A DNA stretch of 64,000 nt from Candidatus Bathyarchaeota archaeon. Lineage in GTDB: Archaea; Thermoproteota; Bathyarchaeia; Bathyarchaeales; Bathycorpusculaceae. The stretch's first letter is position 1; each line of letters opens with the position of its first letter. The translations under genes were made by a program, and so were the position numbers. Positions 60,301 through 64,000 of this stretch are shown one piece after another. Under the pieces are notes generated by a model. It did not search any database. It saw nothing but the letters and a program-made list of their open reading frames with translations, and was not told where the DNA came from. The stretch spans positions 32,001 to 96,000 of the forward strand of contig CAVTBV010000012.1 of the NCBI GenBank assembly GCA_963733095.1, read 5' to 3'.

Positions 60301-61016
60301 CTCTTGTGTTCAACTTCAACGAAAACTTTGGATGCGATACCTCTGCCCAACGCTAATTTTGATCCTCGCACTGAAATCTCGATAGGTCCCTCAAACGGTG
60401 CTGATTTCAGCAGAGTTATCTTTGTACTAGGTGTTAACCCCATATCTAAAAGCCGCTGGAGCACGTTATGACCGCCTCTAATGAAGGAGATTTTGCCTGA
60501 TTGCCCCCTTTTCAACTCGCTTAATGCAACGAGGTTTTCTTTTCGTTTCCCAACTTCTTCTAAGCCTTGATTGTGAAGTTGGATGCATTCTTCACAGTTA
60601 GAGAAGGGTAAGTTACAGGCGGGGATGGTTTTGCCATCATCAGAACAGATGTCTGGATGCTTTAGTAGGCGGCAGAGGGATTCTTCAGCTTCGTCTGAGA
60701 GGGCGTGCTCAAGCTGGCAAGCTTCCTTGTGAACTTTGTCTTTTCCGATGTGTAAAACGTCGAAGAGGAAGGTTTCGAGTAAGCGGTGTTTTCGGGTTAC
60801 TCTTTGTGCTTCTTGGAGGCCTTTTTCGGTGAGGGCGCTGCCGTGGTAGGGCGAATATTTTACGTAGCCTTCTTCGGATAGTTTTTTGAGCATTTCGGTT
60901 ACGCTGGCGGGTGTTACGTTTAGTTTTTGGGAAATTTCGGTGTTGCTGACTAGATCTCCGTTTCTTGCTATGCTGTAGACGGCTTTGAGGTAGTCTTGGG
61001 TTGATTTTTGCTCCAT
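60297..61016 (-). CDS. DtxR/MntR-family metal-dependent repressor with C-terminal FeoA domain
   Basis: [39 protein letters not shown]; ATG 61016 follows SD GGGTGA. Confidence 0.95.
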   Translation of the reverse strand: MEQKSTQDYLKAVYSIARNGDLVSNTEISQKLNVTPASVTEMLKKLSEEGYVKYSPYHGSALTEKGLQEAQRVTRKHRLLETFLFDVLHIGKDKVHKEACQLEHALSDEAEESLCRLLKHPDICSDDGKTIPACNLPFSNCEECIQLHNQGLEEVGKRKENLVALSELKRGQSGKISFIRGGHNVLQRLLDMGLTPSTKITLLKSAPFEGPIEISVRGSKLALGRGIASKVFVEVEHKS

Positions 61017-61032
61017 GTTAATCACCCTGTTT

Positions 61033-61048
61033 TTTAGGCACACCTAAA
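61033..61048. promoter_or_regulatory. Putative DtxR-family operator 1 (TTTAGG-CACA-CCTAAA)
   Basis: Perfect 6-bp inverted repeat upstream of the dtxR-feoB operon. Confidence 0.8.
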
Positions 61049-61072
61049 TTTGGCTTTCAGAACTAATAAATG

Positions 61073-61088
61073 TTTAGGCGCACCTAAA
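61073..61088. promoter_or_regulatory. Putative DtxR-family operator 2 (TTTAGG-CGCA-CCTAAA)
   Basis: Second near-identical palindrome 40 bp away; the two flank a minus-strand TTTATT box at about 61065-61070. Confidence 0.8.
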
Positions 61089-61199
61089 AAATAACATCCA
61101 TCAAACAACACACATTGCCACAAACAAACCCCAACCCGCTTCCAGTAACGGCTAAATACTGCAAAGTCTAATTCCGTTGATACCTAGCGAGGGAAAACA

Positions 61200-62537
61200 A
61201 TGAAAGACCTGCCCAACTTAGTCGCAGATATAGTTGAAGCAACCAAAAAACACGAACACTACCGCGACAAAGAATGCATAAACATGATTGCCAGCGAAGG
61301 ACTCAAGTCTCCAGCCGTCAACCAAATGCTCGACCTATCACACGACCTCGCATGCCGCTACGCAGAAGGCGAAAACGACGCCTTAGGCCACGTTAAGAAG
61401 CGGTATTATCAAGGGCAGAAGTTCATGTCTGAAATCGAGGATTTTGCGACTGACATTATGAAAAGCCTGTTTAACAGCACTTGGGCAGATGTCCGTTTAG
61501 TTTCAGGCACACATGCAAACCTTGCAACTTTCAAGGGGTTATCTTTAGCCTCAAAGAACAACAAGATGGTTGTCACGCCCCTGAGCTGCGGCGCCCACAT
61601 AAGCCACGATTACACAGGTTTAGCAGGCAACGTTTTGGGTTTAGAGAACATAAACCACGTTTACAACATTGACGAATTCAACATTGACCCAGACAAATCA
61701 GCATACGTCATCCGCGCCGCAAAGCCAGGAATTGTTACGTTCGGTGGAAGCCTTTTCCTATTTCCACATCCAATCAAAGAGCTCAGAGCAGTCTGTGAAG
61801 AAGTCGGCGCATACATAGCCTACGACGCGTCCCACGTACTGGGCTTGATTGCGGGCGGCGAGTTCCAAGACCCCCTCCGAGAAGGCGCAGACTTCATCAC
61901 ATCATCTACCCACAAAACTTTCCCCGGTCCCCAAGGCGGTGTTATTATGGGAAGCCCAACTAACCCGGCAACCGAGAAGGCAGTGAAAAAGATACAATTT
62001 GCTGTTTTTCCACTCAGCGCATCAAGCACACACTTAGGCAGGTTGCCAGCACTCAGCATCGCGGCTTTGGAAATGAAGGTTTTCGGCTCACAATTAGCTA
62101 AGCAAATCGTCAAGAATGCTCAAACCGCAGGACAGTACCTCTGCGAAAACGGCGTGAAGGTCCTCGCAGAAAACAAAGGCTTCACAAAGAGCCACCAAAT
62201 CGCTGTAGACATCCGCAACTTCGGAGGCGGCAACAAGATGGCACAGGACCTCGAAGACGCTAACATCATCCTAAACAAGAACCTCTTACCCTACGATGAC
62301 CAAAGCAGCAAAGCAGACCCCTCAGGTTTGAGGATAGGCTTTCAAGACATAACAAGACGCGGCTTTGGCGAAGGCGACATCAAACACCTCTGCGACCTAA
62401 TGCTTGACGTAATCAAGGGAAAACGTACACCCACCCAAGTTAAGATTGATGTTTTGGCGCTAAAGAAAGATTTTTGCAGCGTAAAGTACGGTTTCCAAAG
62501 CGTGCAAGAAGCCTTAGCTTACATTAAAAAGGCTTAA
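61200..62537 (+). CDS. glyA: Serine hydroxymethyltransferase (archaeal type)
   Basis: INMIASE, RYAEG, YYQG, SGTHAN, YDASHVLGLIAG, STHKTFPGPQGG, NKNLLP, SGLRIG. Confidence 0.97.
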   Translation: MKDLPNLVADIVEATKKHEHYRDKECINMIASEGLKSPAVNQMLDLSHDLACRYAEGENDALGHVKKRYYQGQKFMSEIEDFATDIMKSLFNSTWADVRLVSGTHANLATFKGLSLASKNNKMVVTPLSCGAHISHDYTGLAGNVLGLENINHVYNIDEFNIDPDKSAYVIRAAKPGIVTFGGSLFLFPHPIKELRAVCEEVGAYIAYDASHVLGLIAGGEFQDPLREGADFITSSTHKTFPGPQGGVIMGSPTNPATEKAVKKIQFAVFPLSASSTHLGRLPALSIAALEMKVFGSQLAKQIVKNAQTAGQYLCENGVKVLAENKGFTKSHQIAVDIRNFGGGNKMAQDLEDANIILNKNLLPYDDQSSKADPSGLRIGFQDITRRGFGEGDIKHLCDLMLDVIKGKRTPTQVKIDVLALKKDFCSVKYGFQSVQEALAYIKKA

Positions 62538-62610
62538 ACCACCCCTCTTTCGTTTTTCTTGGTGCTAAAGATTAATAAAGTCACATTTCGCTTTTAGCAT
62601 AGGAAAACCC

Positions 62611-62898
62611 ATGACCTTCGATTTCCTTTCAATTCTCTTCTTAATCGTTGCCATAGGGTTTGTTGTGCTTTTTGTGTTACTTCCAAGGTTCGGTCCGCAT
62701 TACACTTCGAGGCTGACTTGCCCGAATTGCAGAAAAAGCTTCAATTTCCACTGGGTACCAGGCGCCACCATAACCTCACTCGTCTACAGGGGTAGACGAC
62801 CGCTAAAATGTCCCTATTGCCATGTTAAATCAACCTACGACATCATGTCTACAAGAGTCACCAAACCAAAGACCCAAAAAGTCAAGCAAAAGGCATAA
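62611..62898 (+). CDS. Membrane-anchored zinc-ribbon protein
   Basis: N-terminal TM, CPNC...CPYC. Confidence 0.75.
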   Translation: MTFDFLSILFLIVAIGFVVLFVLLPRFGPHYTSRLTCPNCRKSFNFHWVPGATITSLVYRGRRPLKCPYCHVKSTYDIMSTRVTKPKTQKVKQKA

Positions 62899-62980
62899 CT
62901 GACACAGCGTTCTATCAGAGAACTTTATTATCCACAACAGCAATCAACTTTTTAACTAACATTTACGGGAGACACTTAGA

Positions 62981-64000
62981 ATGAAGGTACTGTTGAACGA
63001 TGGCTTAGAGAAAGAAGGCTTAATGCTCTTTCATGAAGCAGGTATAGAAACAGACTTAAAAAAACGTGATTTAGCCGCTCTAATCGCTGATATTGGACAG
63101 TTTGACGCTTTAGTCGTTCGCAGCGCCACCAAGGTCACGCGCGAGGTTTTGGAAGCAGGCGCCAAGGGCAAACTCAAAATCGTCGGCAGAGCAGGCGTCG
63201 GATACGACAACATCGACACGGCTGCAGCTTCTGAATTCGGTATTGTAGTAAAGATAGCGCCGTATGGAAGCACGAACGCCGTTGCAGAATTAACCTTCGA
63301 CCTAATGCTGAGTATTTCAAGAAAGACACCCCAAGCCCACCACTCGCTTAAGAGTGGGGTTTGGAAAAAAGATACGCTCAAAGGCAACGAACTCGCCTAC
63401 AAGACGCTGGGTCTTTTGGGTTGCGGCAGAATAGGACAAAAAGTTGCCCAAATCGCCAGACGTGGCTTTGACATGGAAGTCATAGGCTACGACATTAAAC
63501 CATGCTTTGAATCAGGCATAAGATTCATGACTAAAGAGGAAGTGCTCGCCAAAGCCGACTACATCAGCATCCACACGGGCGGCAAAGAAGTCATAATCGG
63601 TGAAAAAGAATTCGCACTCATGAAACCCACGACCTACGTAATCAACACCTCCCGAGGCAGCAACATTGACCAGCGAGCACTCTACAAGGCACTCAAAGAA
63701 GGCAAAATCGCTGGCGCAGCAACCGATGTCTACAAGGAAGAGCCCAAAGGGGAAGGTACCGAATTCAAAGACCAACTAAAAGAACTCGACAACATCGTGC
63801 TAAGCAGCCACCTTGGCGCATCAACAGCGGAAGCCCAAAGAGAAACCTCAACAGAGATTGCCCGCGTAGTCTCAGGCTACCTTTTAGGTGGAGACTTTAC
63901 CAACGCCGTGAACGCTGGAGAAAACATCGAAGTGGAAGAAAAACCAGTATACACACTCTTCATTCACCATAGAGACGTTCCAGGCGTGTTTGCCAACATC
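62981..64000 (+). CDS. serA: D-3-phosphoglycerate dehydrogenase (runs off window)
   Basis: Not in ORF track. My translation: MKVLLNDG...VVRSATKV...GRAGVGYDNID...GCGRIG...INTSRG...HLGAST.EAQ...HRDVPGV (start of ACT domain). Confidence 0.93.
   Translation, partial: MKVLLNDGLEKEGLMLFHEAGIETDLKKRDLAALIADIGQFDALVVRSATKVTREVLEAGAKGKLKIVGRAGVGYDNIDTAAASEFGIVVKIAPYGSTNAVAELTFDLMLSISRKTPQAHHSLKSGVWKKDTLKGNELAYKTLGLLGCGRIGQKVAQIARRGFDMEVIGYDIKPCFESGIRFMTKEEVLAKADYISIHTGGKEVIIGEKEFALMKPTTYVINTSRGSNIDQRALYKALKEGKIAGAATDVYKEEPKGEGTEFKDQLKELDNIVLSSHLGASTAEAQRETSTEIARVVSGYLLGGDFTNAVNAGENIEVEEKPVYTLFIHHRDVPGVFANI

Noticed and set aside
1-64000. CRISPR array, transposase, integrase or viral genes
   Set aside because: No regularly spaced repeats or recognisable motifs seen by eye

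Overview
Archaeal chromosomal window (egsA, top6A/top6B, cbf5, rpl14e, trmY, ABCE1, archaeal-type glyA). The gene repertoire suggests a TACK archaeon, probably Bathyarchaeia (inference). About 1-18 kb is a minus-strand surface-glycan locus: GT2/GT4 enzymes, an acetyltransferase, large membrane and secreted proteins, a frameshifted GT-C-like gene, a frameshifted DUF3131 gene and a processive-type GT2. About 20.7-28.9 kb is a MoxR/DUF58/DUF4350/DUF4129/DUF1616 membrane module. From 29 to 64 kb are housekeeping genes, three tRNA genes, small proteins, several pseudogenes and a DtxR-FeoA/feoB operon with two palindromic operators. Most notable: (i) two tRNA-Thr genes identical except at the wobble base, with a non-canonical elbow (A18, T-loop AGCAAGG); (ii) an unannotated 22-aa Glu/Trp micropeptide with a perfect Shine-Dalgarno just upstream of ABCE1; (iii) a small protein resembling eukaryotic ribosomal protein eL22; (iv) two long rod-like hairpins in the 35-36 kb intergenic region. 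I found no CRISPR array, integrase or transposase. All family calls come from motif recognition by eye, not database searches.
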